Source of the DNA: Candidatus Latescibacterota bacterium
GTDB taxonomy: Bacteria > Latescibacterota > UBA2968
Reading direction: 5' to 3'
Assembly: GCA_965198115.1 (NCBI GenBank)
Contig: OZ240241.1
Coordinates: 1,792,001-1,856,000 of the forward strand
Length of the DNA stretch: 64,000 bases
Part shown: positions 52,179 to 62,655 of the stretch, in pieces
Layout: each line of letters begins with the position of its first letter
Numbering within the stretch: position 1 is the stretch's first letter
Notes under the pieces: generated by a model
Told to the model about the DNA's origin: nothing
The model's database searches: none
Seen by the model: the letters and a program-made list of their open reading frames with translations, nothing else
Translations under genes and position numbers: made by a program

Positions 52179-52903
52179 CGACTTCCCTTCTGGCCTACGG
52201 CAATCAGCGTGCACCCGAACGGGATATCGTGGTGTTTCAGGATAGGAAGCTCGGCCCTCAGAACACTATCCAGCAGGCGATTGACGAAAGGATTCGGCGG
52301 TTTCAGGTCCGAGCCGCCCCTGCCGAACCTGCGCTTCGCCCAGAGCGGCAGGACGAACAGGGGCTGGAAGTAAGATGAACGAAGAACGGTGAAGCCCACA
52401 GACTCCAGCCGCGAAACGAGAACTCGACGCGTGTAGCGCCGAACGTGCCCGAATAGAACGTCGTGTTGGCCGAACAGCCACTGGTAGGCAGGTACGCACA
52501 CGAGGCATTTACCTTTGTCACGGAGGATCTCGTGGATCTGGTTCAGAATGCGCCGGTCATCCTCGACGTGTTCGGCCACATCCACTGCCAGTACAAGGTC
52601 GAACGACTCTGGTCTGAAAGGCAGATCGACGCCGTCAGCCACGGTTACGAAAGCGTCTAACGCTCTCTGCTTCAGCAAACCCAGAGGACGCCTGTTCAGG
52701 TCGACGCCGTACAGCCGCGTGTCGCCGTTCTGAAACCGGCGAAGAAAGTTCCCCGTGTTGCACCCCACTTCCAGGACGCGGCCAGGGTTGGCATCGCAAC
52801 CTGGGATACTCTCCAGCAAGCCCTGCACGACGTGGTACTTGCTGGTGAGCCAGAAATGATCGCTTCCGAAGGCGTCGTACACCAGCCCGAGAGAGGAGTT
52901 CAA
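52175..52903 (-). CDS. Class I SAM-dependent methyltransferase
   Basis: HFW, LEVGCNTG, LPF, DVAEH, VPAYQWLFGQHD..GHVRRY. Confidence 0.88.
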   Translation of the reverse strand: MNSSLGLVYDAFGSDHFWLTSKYHVVQGLLESIPGCDANPGRVLEVGCNTGNFLRRFQNGDTRLYGVDLNRRPLGLLKQRALDAFVTVADGVDLPFRPESFDLVLAVDVAEHVEDDRRILNQIHEILRDKGKCLVCVPAYQWLFGQHDVLFGHVRRYTRRVLVSRLESVGFTVLRSSYFQPLFVLPLWAKRRFGRGGSDLKPPNPFVNRLLDSVLRAELPILKHHDIPFGCTLIAVGQKGSR

Positions 52904-53870
52904 GGAAAGGCTTCCAGCTCGAGATTGGCAGTTTCCCCGACGACGTAGGGTGGAAGCCCCCGGGCGGCATCGAATATCTGTCCCACATACTCCCCGATGA
53001 TGCCCAGTACGGTCAGCTGCACCCCGCCGATGAAGGCGATGGCGAGCGTCGTCCAACCGGGCACGCCCTGGGGATAGTCGAAAAGCAGCTTCGATAGCAC
53101 GACAAGGCCCGCGAACGCGATCGTACCGATGGACATGAACATGCCGGTCACGACGGAGATTCTCAGGGGAACCTTCGAGAACGAGGTCGCACCCGTCAGG
53201 GCCAGGATCAGCAGCCGTTTCAGATCGTACTTCGGTTCCCCGCCGCTGCGAACGCGCCGTTCATACTCAATGTGCGTCTGTCTACCGCCTACCCAACTCC
53301 GAATGCCCCGAACGGCTGGCGCTGGTCTGTGTGTTTTATGACTTCCACGACCTCTCGGCGCATCGCAGAGAAATCGCCTGAATCCAGCGGAACGCTGAAC
53401 GGAACGAGCCACCGGTACAGCCTGTAAAACGTCGCATACGCCGCGCGCTTCCAGATGGACTCCTTCCGCTTTCTGCGGATGCAGTTCACGACGTCGAAGC
53501 CCTCTTTCAGCCTGTCGAACATGGAGCCGAGCAACTCGGGCGGATCCTGACCGTCTGAATCCATCACCGCCACGTACTGCCCCCGTGCGCACCTCAGCCC
53601 TGCGAAAACCGCCAGCTGATGTCCGAAGTTTCGCGACAGCCGAAGTCCCTTCACACGTTTCTCCCGAGACGCGTAGGCTCTGAGTACGTCCCACGTTGCA
53701 TCCTCGCTCCCGTCGTCGACGACAATCACCTCGTATGTTTTCGCGTACGCCTCGAGCGCTCGCGTCAACTCGTCGAGGAAGCCGGGAAGGATGTGCTCCT
53801 CATTGAACGCCGGGCACACCACGCTCAGGATCTCCGTGTCCTGGTCGAGGTTCTGGCTGTGTCTGTCCAT
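52900..53870 (-). pseudogene. GtrB/ArnC-like polyprenyl-phosphate glycosyltransferase (GT2), frameshift near 53310
   Basis: PAFNEE, VDDGSED, LSRNFGHQ, MDSDGQDPP, GDF; second frame WVG...R..G..KY, two TM helices, LGIIGEYVG. Confidence 0.9.
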
Positions 53871-53904
53871 GAGCTACCGCGAGTGGTAGGGCGCACTTCG
53901 CCTC

Positions 53905-54642
53905 TCAACCATTCAAGCGCTTGAAGAGGAACCACGGTACCAGCTGGTAGACGGTCATCACGATCCACCACCACCAGGGTACGTAGCGAACACCCGTGTC
54001 GCTGCCCAGATTCGACACGACCTTCCGGGCCGCAACGTCGGGATCCATCTTCGGAAGGGGAAGCGCTCTGCCAAACGTCATGCGCGTGTCGAGGTAGCCC
54101 GCTCGATAGAACTGAACGGCGCAGGGGTAAGGGCTCAGGTAGTGTCTGAGGGCGCCGAAGTAGCTCTCGAACCCGCGCTTCGCCGATCCGTAGATCGAGT
54201 TCATACGGCGTGGCCGGTCGGCCGCGGCCGACCCGATCCCCACCAAATTGGCTCCCTCCCGCTCTCGAAGGTCCTCCAGGAACGCATTCACGATCCTGAC
54301 CCCGCTCGTGTAGTTGACACTCGCGACCGCTTCCGCGAAATCGTCGGCTACGGGACCCGAATCGTAGTCGGGACGACCGTAGCCCGCTACGTAGAACAGG
54401 TTATCGAGGCCCGAATCGAAGAGTTCGACGACCCGCGCTTTGAGCACGTCCACATCGGGCTTCCGCAGGTCGACTTCCAGGTAACCGACTGTGACGTCGA
54501 ACCTCAGGGCGAGGTCCCGGGCCAGCGGCTCGAGATCCCGTGCGTCGGAAGAGACGAGAAAGACGCCGTGGCCCGACGCGGCCAGCCGAGTCGCGATCGC
54601 CCTGCCCAAGCCGGAAGAGCCGCCCACGACGAGGGACGTCAA
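53905..54642 (-). CDS. DprE2-like short-chain reductase
   Basis: GGSSGLG, GSAAADRPRRMNSIYGSAKRG, GYLDTRMT, YVPWWW..M. Confidence 0.82.
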   Translation of the reverse strand: MTSLVVGGSSGLGRAIATRLAASGHGVFLVSSDARDLEPLARDLALRFDVTVGYLEVDLRKPDVDVLKARVVELFDSGLDNLFYVAGYGRPDYDSGPVADDFAEAVASVNYTSGVRIVNAFLEDLREREGANLVGIGSAAADRPRRMNSIYGSAKRGFESYFGALRHYLSPYPCAVQFYRAGYLDTRMTFGRALPLPKMDPDVAARKVVSNLGSDTGVRYVPWWWWIVMTVYQLVPWFLFKRLNG

Positions 54643-55946
54643 ATAGCCAGCCTCTGAGAAAGCTCCGACGCGAACCTTCTGCGCGGGTCGTAAGACCGGA
54701 TGCCGTCCCTGAATCTTTCATACTCCAGATACTGCCTTCGGACGACATCGGCCGACAGATACCCGTTGCGCGTCACGTTCGATATGCATCCGTAATCCGT
54801 GGCGAACGCGTCGAACGCCTGCAGCGCATCCCGGCGGGCTTCGGTATTCGGCACATCGAAGTAAAGGCTGCACCCCTCGCCGTCGAACCTCAGGTATTCG
54901 TTCGTCCCCTTGAACAGCTTGAGCGCCGCAAGGACGGGTCGGAGACTGAACCGTCTCAGGAAAACCTCCAGATCCCGCAGGAAATCCTCGACAGCACACG
55001 TGGGTACGAGGATCTGGTTGCAGACGAAGCCGCGGCGGCCGTACAGGCCGAAGTAGAACCCCTTGTTGTGAAACGGAAACAGCGCGTCATACAGAGGGAC
55101 TTTCGCGTCGGCGTTCTGCCATCGCTCTTTCAGGTAGTAGGCCCGGTTGATCCACGGCGTCGACCGTGGCCCGAACACCGAAAAGCGCGGCGTTCGAGTC
55201 GGATCCAGCTCCTTGTATCTGGGCACGGGCCGTTCGACCCACTCATCCTGGATGTCCCCGACGATCACGAAGCCGCGCCCGAGCTTCGACGGGTTCGAAA
55301 GATCCGTCCAACTCATGAGGACGTCGTGTTGTGCGCACGCTTCCTCCAGGATGACCGCGGCGTCGTGCATCGACCCCGTCGGAATGAGCGTCTTTCTTAC
55401 GACGTTGCCCTTCAGATCGTCCACGCGAATGCGCGCACTCACCACTACCCCCGTCAACCCGAGCCCTCCACAGGTCAGGTCGAACACCTCGGTGTTCTCT
55501 GAGGGTGAGCAGGACAGAAGGCCTTTGTCGGGGTGATACAGGCGTATCGACTGAACGAGTCCGGAAAAGGTGCCGTCACGGTAGGGATTCTTTCCGTGGA
55601 CGTCGGTCGCGATCAGCGACCCCAGTCTGATTCCGGGCCAACCCGGCTGAACAGACAGGTAGAAGCCACGAGGCGTCAGAAACGCGTAAAGCTGCCGAAG
55701 TGAGATGCCGGCTTCGACTTCGATCCAGCGCTCTTCGGGGCAGAAGGCCAGAATCCGATCGAAGCGCGTGAGCGATACCGACCTGACCCCGGGCCCGAAA
55801 CTCGCGGCGACGTAATTGACACCCTCACCCCGCGGGATCGACGCGCTGCTATCTACGGCTGCAAAGAGGTCACGATAGCGATCGGGGCAGTCGTACTCGG
55901 ACGCCAGGCCGCACGTACGCTCCAGGCTGTGGAACGTCATTCGCAC
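54639..55946 (-). CDS. DprE1-like FAD-binding oxidoreductase
   Basis: PRG.G..Y, VEAG, DVHGKN, LTCGGLGLTGV, YGRRGF..Q, LKLF, DPRRRFASELSQRL. Confidence 0.85.
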   Translation of the reverse strand: MRMTFHSLERTCGLASEYDCPDRYRDLFAAVDSSASIPRGEGVNYVAASFGPGVRSVSLTRFDRILAFCPEERWIEVEAGISLRQLYAFLTPRGFYLSVQPGWPGIRLGSLIATDVHGKNPYRDGTFSGLVQSIRLYHPDKGLLSCSPSENTEVFDLTCGGLGLTGVVVSARIRVDDLKGNVVRKTLIPTGSMHDAAVILEEACAQHDVLMSWTDLSNPSKLGRGFVIVGDIQDEWVERPVPRYKELDPTRTPRFSVFGPRSTPWINRAYYLKERWQNADAKVPLYDALFPFHNKGFYFGLYGRRGFVCNQILVPTCAVEDFLRDLEVFLRRFSLRPVLAALKLFKGTNEYLRFDGEGCSLYFDVPNTEARRDALQAFDAFATDYGCISNVTRNGYLSADVVRRQYLEYERFRDGIRSYDPRRRFASELSQRLAI

Positions 55947-55949
55947 GAT

Positions 55950-56647
55950 TCAACCCGATTTGCGCATCACGACCACCGTGTAGGTATAGGCATCGAGCCA
56001 GACACCGCCACAGTACTCGAGTTGGAATCCGGCGCGTGCGCAGAAGCCCTCGGTCTTTTCCCGGCTTTGGTACAGATTGATCTCGTCCGGGTAGAGCTGG
56101 ATGGGCCCGCGGTTCACGAAACCCAGACACTTCTCGATCAGCACGGCAACGGCCTTGTACCATCCGATCAGCGGCGGCCAGAACAGAATCAGGCAACACC
56201 CTTCTTCAGAACGCGGCTGAACTCGGTCAGGATTCGATCGATTTCGCCATCGGTGAAGTGCTCGATCACGCCGAGATTCCAGATGCCGTCGACGGAATCG
56301 TCCGGGAAAGGGAGCACGAAGATGTCGCTCTGGATGCCCCCGTCCATGACCGGAACCTGCCGGGCGTGGCTCAAGGCCTCGTAGACCACGTCGAGACTGT
56401 AAAGGCGGCGACTGCGTTTATAGATCCCGCTGCTCGACTGCGAGGAACCCGACCCGGCCTCTACAAAGATCCCTTGGTCCGGGAAGTACCGCTCTACGAA
56501 GTGCCGAACAGACCTTGCGATCAGACGGGTTCGAATAATGTAAAGGAGCTTCTGGATGAACCCACTTTCAAAGTGGGAGTTCCAGAACCGTTCCCAGCTC
56601 TCCTGCGAACTTGGGATGCCGCTTTGATCCGTGGCGACGTCGCTCAT
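55950..56647 (-). pseudogene. Class I SAM methyltransferase, frameshift near 56195
   Basis: EAGSGS, LPFPDDSVD, NLGVIEHF, RVLKKG; C-terminus in another frame. Confidence 0.78.
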
Positions 56648-56716
56648 GTTGCCTGCAAACGCCGTGTCAGATCTGCTCGTGGTTCATCGCCGTTCGCGGG
56701 AGCAGTAGGAGATGGA

Positions 56717-58322
56717 TCATCGGGCCACATCCACGTCGGTCGTCCCACGCTTCGTCGTCTTCTTCTGGACGAGATCCTGCAGGCGGTGCTCGAATACCGT
56801 GGCGGACTGGTTCTTGGCACCCAGAAGCGTGCGGATCGTGCGTAGGATCCGGGATGGGTAGAGCGCGTAGCCCACGGCGTAGTTCAGGAGAATGAACACG
56901 CTTCGCACCAGGCCCAGAAGGCGTGCGTTTATGTTGCTGTTGAACGAAATCACATCCGTCGTGACGTAAGCCCCGTTGAGCGACGTGAGGTTCAGGAAAT
57001 ACGCGTCATTCAGCTCGACCCTGTTCTCTGCGCAGAGGTCGTTGAAGATCTCCGTACCCGGGTAGGGCGAGAAGATATAGAGCGGTACGTCGTCGACCCC
57101 TTGCGCGGACATCTTCAGTCCGAACCAGAGGGTCTGTGCGACATCCCACCACGTTTCGCTCGGAAACCCGATGATCAGATTCGTTCTGAGCGTGAGTCCC
57201 TGTCGCTTGGCCTCGAGTATCGACTCCACGAACTTGGGCAGGTGGATCAGCTTCTTGATCTTCTGGAGCGTCCGCTCTGATCCGCTCTCAGGAGCGTAGA
57301 CCAAATACTCACATCCGGTCTCCCTCAGCAGGCTCAGAATCTCCTCGTCCAGGACCTCGCTTCGCGTACCCGTGGGCAGGGACCATGAAAGGGCGAACTG
57401 CTCCTTCTGGAGTCGCTGGAGAAACTCGAGAGCCCACTTCCTGTTGACGATGGCCGTGAGGTCATACAGCTACAGGCTCGTGATGTCGTAGCGGTCGATA
57501 TAGCACTTGATCTCGGCAATCACATCGTCGATGTCTCGAAGCCGGTAGGTCGTCCCATACATGAAAGGATTGGAGCAGAACGTGCATTCGTAGGGACAAC
57601 CCCGAGACACCAGGAAGGGCATGTCCCTTCCGGTCGAGATCCCGAGCGCTTTCCCGACCTCCCAGAACTTTTCCAGATGCCCTTCCGGCCAATGCGGCCA
57701 GGGGATCTCGTCGATCTCCCGAATGCGGGGCGTATCGGTGGGAGACTCTCCCTTCCTGACGAGGGGACGTGGCGGCTGCTGGTATTCACCGTTCGCTCCC
57801 AGGTAGCCCGTTCCGTAAATGCCCTCGTAGGATCGCGTGTTGCCGTAGGTCTCCAAGACCTCGAGGAACGTGGACTCCCCTTCGCCGAGCACGCACACGT
57901 CCAATGCCGGACAGTCCTTCAGGCTGTACTCCGTAAGGGCGGTAACGTGCTCGCCACCGGCCACCAGAAGGGCATCGGGAAACCGTGACTTGACGAGCGT
58001 GATCAGATCCCGCAGAACCGGCCACTCGCCCGAAAACATGCCCGAAAACCCGATGACGTCCGCATCAGAGGGGATTCGGTCGATGATCTTGTCGAACGTA
58101 AGACCGTGGCAGCTGTAGCCTGGGTAGTCCCCCAGCGGCCACACATGGTTCAACGCCTCGCCGATCCCATCCACGATCACTGGATTGTAGCCGAACTTCC
58201 GGATGTAGCCAGCCAGGTAGGCAAAACCGATCGCCGGCGTGGCCGTTGTTGATCGCTTTGTCGACGAAGACGATCGGCCCTCTGACAAGGGCGACGCGAA
58301 GCTTCACATCTGCGACGGACAT
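56717..58322 (-). pseudogene. Cobalamin-binding radical SAM enzyme (class B methyltransferase-like), frameshift near 58245 and TAG at 57470-57472
   Basis: G.AYLAG, VAGGEH, GEGE, SRGCPYECTFC, APESGS, IIGFP.E, FSPYPGT. Confidence 0.88.
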
Positions 58323-58382
58323 GCTGAACTCCAGAGTTTTAGTAGGGCCTTGCAGCGTTGAGGCCAGGCCCCTCCTTCGTCG

Positions 58383-59249
58383 TTACGACCGGTTCACAAG
58401 CACAAACGACAGACACTCTGCATTGCTGCTGGAGACTCTAGCCCACTGAAAACCCACCTCATCGAACATCTGACGATATTCCCGAGTCCTGTAGTAGTGA
58501 TCGCCCTTGAGCGGGTCTGTCTCATGCGGTAGAGGAAAAGTCTCGGGAGAGAAAGCTCTACCAAACAGCCCGATTTGCGCGGAACGAGGGAACATCCCCA
58601 CAAAGCGCTTTACAACATGACGCACGTAGGTACGCGCAAGACGGACTCGATGTTCCCCAATGATCACGGCACATCCACCGGGTCTGAGCACTCTTTTGAG
58701 CTCTCGAAGCAGTTCCAAAGGTCTGTCTGCGTGATGAAAAGCTTGGGACATGAGGACAAAGCCTGCCTCATTGTCACGGAGTCTCAGTCTATAGAAACTC
58801 CCCATAGCAAGAACAACCTTGGACAAGTCAACACCGTAGTGCCTCAAGACCAAAGTGCCGACTTTCAGCAACCTATGCCGCGAATACTCAACACAGTAAA
58901 GCTTGGTGATTCCGTGCAACTTCAAGAGAACTGGAACCGCCCAACATGTGCCACACGCCAGATCAAGGGCGATTCCCGTGGGATGTTTGTGGAATCTGCT
59001 TTCGAGTTCCTCGAGGGACCTCCTAAGATCTTCTGCTAATCCCGTTCTAAGAACGTGGTTCTCCATTGCTTGGAAGCCTCTGTTTGCCACGTCCCAATCC
59101 TTCTCCCTCTCGGCTTCCTCGTCATTCCAGTAGTCACGATATGCCTCCTCTTTGTGCAGATCAACGTCGTCGAACCAGTTCTCGAGGAGGATATCTCGAG
59201 TGCCTTCGTCCGCCGTCTGTTCGGCATTTATTGGTGATTGCTCTTCCAT
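58383..59249 (-). CDS. Class I SAM-dependent methyltransferase
   Basis: LDLACGTCW, AFHH, ELKRVLRPGG. Confidence 0.85.
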   Translation of the reverse strand: MEEQSPINAEQTADEGTRDILLENWFDDVDLHKEEAYRDYWNDEEAEREKDWDVANRGFQAMENHVLRTGLAEDLRRSLEELESRFHKHPTGIALDLACGTCWAVPVLLKLHGITKLYCVEYSRHRLLKVGTLVLRHYGVDLSKVVLAMGSFYRLRLRDNEAGFVLMSQAFHHADRPLELLRELKRVLRPGGCAVIIGEHRVRLARTYVRHVVKRFVGMFPRSAQIGLFGRAFSPETFPLPHETDPLKGDHYYRTREYRQMFDEVGFQWARVSSSNAECLSFVLVNRS

Positions 59250-59463
59250 CAGCTTTCAGTCGCACTTTCCCGCGTAGATGCTAAGAATCGCCTCGACCTT
59301 CGAGTTCCGTCACGCCCTGAGCCATGTCCGATCACATCTCAGTTCTCGTATAGCCGATCAGACCGCAAACTCTCTCATCATCAATGGCGTCAGTGAACAT
59401 AGCAGCGCTACGAGCTGATCGGATAACACACAATCCGGATGCATTACCCGAAGTGCGTCACAC

Positions 59464-60531
59464 CTATGGTCCGATTCGACAGATTCTTCGCCGCAACCGG
59501 CTCAGGACGATACGGAAAAGCGACTTGTCTTCTACTTCCTTCTTCAGAAACTTGATCGTTTCACCCAGAATCCGTCCGGCTGCCTCCGGGCTCAGGCCAC
59601 GATACGGTTCGACATCGCCCGCGTCAGGAAACAACTCGCTCTCCCCGAAGTAGAGTTCAGCGACCTTGGAGTTCGACGCCGCATACCGTTCAAGCAACGC
59701 CCGACGTCCGGAAGCATCCAGAAACGCGTGCGTTTGGAAAGGCTGTCGAGCGGACACCGACTGCAGAACGGTTCGCAGCCACTGCTTCTCCCGAGGCGTA
59801 AGCGACTTACCCGCGTGAATCGCCATCTCCAACGCATCGCGGGTGTATCCAGCGTTTGGCGTCCGCTCTTGACAGGTCGCAAGGGCGTCCGTCCCGATGA
59901 TTTCCGCGAAGTCGTCCAGCAGACTCCGTGTCTCTGGAAGATACCGGCCATCGTATCTTCTGGGCGAAATATATTGCCTCCCGAACACGTCCTCGTAGGC
60001 CTCGAGGAGTCTGCTCCAATCGAACGCCGTATCGTCAAAGGAGGCTGCGAAAGCGTCAAAACTGCACGAGGCGCCCGTGTGGATCGTCTGCGTATATAGA
60101 GATTCCAGGAACTGGTCCTGACGCCTGAGATAGACGATCGGCCAAACCGTGAACCCGCAAGAGATCTCCCTTACGCTTCGCGCGACGATCGATGCGTTAT
60201 CGTAGCCTGTATTCGGGTCCCCGGAAAACCCCTCGTGGCTAAGCACGAATCGAAATACACCCTTGGCCTGATGTTTCCTCGCTTGGCGCTTTACTTGACA
60301 AGCGAGACGACCAATAAGCTCCTCATCTCGCTCCCGACATCTCATGAGCGTCTGCACATCTGACGAGGGTAACCACAGGCCTGCCAGTCCCTCGCTCAGA
60401 AGCTGCTTCTCGCTCACCTTCAGCCAGCGTTGGATGGCGGTGGATCCTGTCTTGTGCGTGCCGATGTGCACGCTGAGCCTCGGTCTTTCTCCTTCGTTCT
60501 GCCCGTCACCCAAAGCGCTGACCTGGCCCAT
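59464..60531 (-). CDS. Sulfotransferase-like P-loop protein
   Basis: HIGTHKTGSTAIQ, LSHEGF, IVYLRRQD.FLESLY. Confidence 0.7.
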   Translation of the reverse strand: MGQVSALGDGQNEGERPRLSVHIGTHKTGSTAIQRWLKVSEKQLLSEGLAGLWLPSSDVQTLMRCRERDEELIGRLACQVKRQARKHQAKGVFRFVLSHEGFSGDPNTGYDNASIVARSVREISCGFTVWPIVYLRRQDQFLESLYTQTIHTGASCSFDAFAASFDDTAFDWSRLLEAYEDVFGRQYISPRRYDGRYLPETRSLLDDFAEIIGTDALATCQERTPNAGYTRDALEMAIHAGKSLTPREKQWLRTVLQSVSARQPFQTHAFLDASGRRALLERYAASNSKVAELYFGESELFPDAGDVEPYRGLSPEAAGRILGETIKFLKKEVEDKSLFRIVLSRLRRRICRIGP

Positions 60532-60540
60532 AGAGTCAGA

Positions 60541-62655
60541 TTAGGACTTCGAGCCTAGGATGACGCGGGTCACTCGCGTGATCCCCTTGTGGATGTCCGC
60601 TCGGCTGGTCAAGAAGACGCCTGGCAGCGCGTAGACCACCACCGAGCATACTGTAACATGCGCCAAGCCACACGCTACAAAAGACACCATCGGATGGCCG
60701 ATGAGATCCTCCAATAAAATGCTGACACAGGAAGCGCACAATCCGAATAAAACGATACATGACAATTGATGCCGAAGCAGGTGGGTAAAGCGCAGGTTCA
60801 AATAGCGGGTGCCATACCATAGGCGCACATTTGAGCCGCGACAACAGTCTTCAGCGCAAGTCCTGTTGCCCCCATAGTCAAGTCCGAACCACTCCGAAGG
60901 GCCAAGCAACCAGGCAGTCAAGGCAAGCCCAAACCCCATTTGAAGCAGGGCCAGATTCCTGTGCAGCCGAGTTTGCCCAGTGCCATAGTAAAGAGTTCCG
61001 AGCATCTGCGAGTACGATCGAAAGAGCGGATGAAGACACATGAGCGATACGGCCAGAGCTATAATCAAAAGGTGTGGAAAAAGAGAAAGGGCGACCCTAC
61101 CCTTCCCGTGAGATAGTTGATTCACACAAAACCGGGTGAGAGGCCCGGTTGGGAAGGAGGATCGCCGTGAAGGAACATACGCATAGAGCCCCATTGAAGT
61201 CCATGCCGACGTGGGAGACGGTTGACGATTGGATCCGTGAAGAGATCCAGGGCCGGTTCCAGTCCATTCTGGAGGAGGAGGCGACCGCGTTCTTGGGCCG
61301 GTCGTGGTATGAGCGCCGAGCCGAGGTCGATAGCTCCAGGGGCTACAGGAACGGCTACGGCAAGCCCCGGCGTCTCTCGACGAGCTGCGGAACGATCAAG
61401 GTCCGGCGTCCCCGGGTTCGTGGTCTGGAAGAGCGGTTTGAAAGCCGCATCCTCCCCCTGTTCGCCCGGAGAACCAGGGCCATTGGAGATCTGCTTCCCG
61501 ACCTTTATCTCCACGGTCTCTCCCAGGGCGACTTCGAGTTGTCTTTGCGTGCGCTGCTCGGTGATGGCGCGCCGCTTTCGCCGACCTCGATCGCTCGTCT
61601 TCGAGGGAAGTGGGAGGTCGACTTCCAGGACTGGAAAGAAAGGCGTCTGGATAATCGCGAACTGGTCTACGCCTGGGCTGATGGCATCTACGTCAAAGCC
61701 GGGCTCGAGCGCGAGAAGGCGTGTCTGCTGGTCGTGATCGGCGCGATGAGCGACGGCAGCAAGGAGATCCTGCCGATAGAACCCGGTTATCGAGAGTCTA
61801 CAGAATCCTGGCTCACGGTGCTCCGGGATCTCCGGGATCGCGGGCTCGAACATCCTGTCCTGATCGCCGCGGACGGGAATATGGGCATCTGGGCGGCCGT
61901 TGATCAGGTCTGGCCAGAGAGCCGGCAACAACGGTGCTGGAACCACAAGATCCTCAACGTGCTCGACAAGGTCGCCAAGCGTGCACAGGCTGAAGCCCGC
62001 GCACTGCTCGTCCAGATCCCCTATGCCGGCACGAAAAAGGAGGCCGAGAAGCTCCGGAAACGCTTTGCCGCACGGTATCGCTCACAGTTCCCTGCCGCCG
62101 TGGAGACGCTCGAAAGAGACTGGGATCGGATGGTCACGTTCTACGACTTCCCGAAGGAACACTGGAAACACCTGAGAACCACGAACGTCGTCGAGAGCCC
62201 CTTTGCTTCCGTTCGGCTTCGCACAAACGCCGCCAGGCGATTCAAGAAAGTCAGGAACGCCACGGCTCTCATCTGGCGTACGCTCAAGGTCGCAGAGAGC
62301 CGATTCAGGAAACTCACCGCGCCACACTTGCTACAACAAGTCTACGATCAGAAACACTCAACCGGACCGCAGGCCGAAGCCGGGAAGATGGCCGCCTGAT
62401 TTCTTTTACACACCTATTGACCTGAGCTCTATGCTTGAGAGAATTCGCGCATGAGGAGCGGTACGATGGATAGTGAGAACAGCGAACTGAGTAAGCCGAC
62501 ATCTTGCGATAGCGCAAAACTCCCTGCTCGCTCGATCCGTGAAGTCTCTGTAGCAGCCACCGCTCCGCGACGGCGGAGACAAAGCCGGCTGTTGCATAAA
62601 CGACGAGTGGGGCAGAGTAGTCGTAGAACTCCTTCAGGTATCCCCTTACTGCGCA
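60541..62655 (-). pseudogene. wzx: Wzx-type flippase remnants (60541-61055 and 62430-62655)
   Basis: KEFYDYSAPLVVY...ERWLLQ...GSSEQG...LMREFS and GTLYYGTGQTR; broken by IS256-C, IS3 and frameshifts. Confidence 0.72.
61056..62429 (+). mobile_element. IS256-family element type C, copy 2 (intact transposase 61149-62399)
   Basis: YRNGY, WADGIY, AADG, QRCWNHK, RTTNVVES; IRs present; flanks TACGGCCA / TATGCTTG are not a TSD. Confidence 0.94.

Noticed and set aside
57470-57472. Amber recoding (pyrrolysine or alternative code)
   Set aside because: The paralog has CAG, the gene has a second lesion, TAG ends other genes normally (e.g. 33411, 29354) and no pyl genes are seen
47463-57655. Diversity-generating retroelement TR/VR pair
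   Set aside because: Differences are not adenine-specific, include indels, and no reverse transcriptase is present
23663-62429. Composite transposon of two direct IS256-C copies carrying the glycan operon
   Set aside because: Copy 1 has its own near-perfect TSD and the outer flanks do not match, although homologous recombination between the copies could still excise the region
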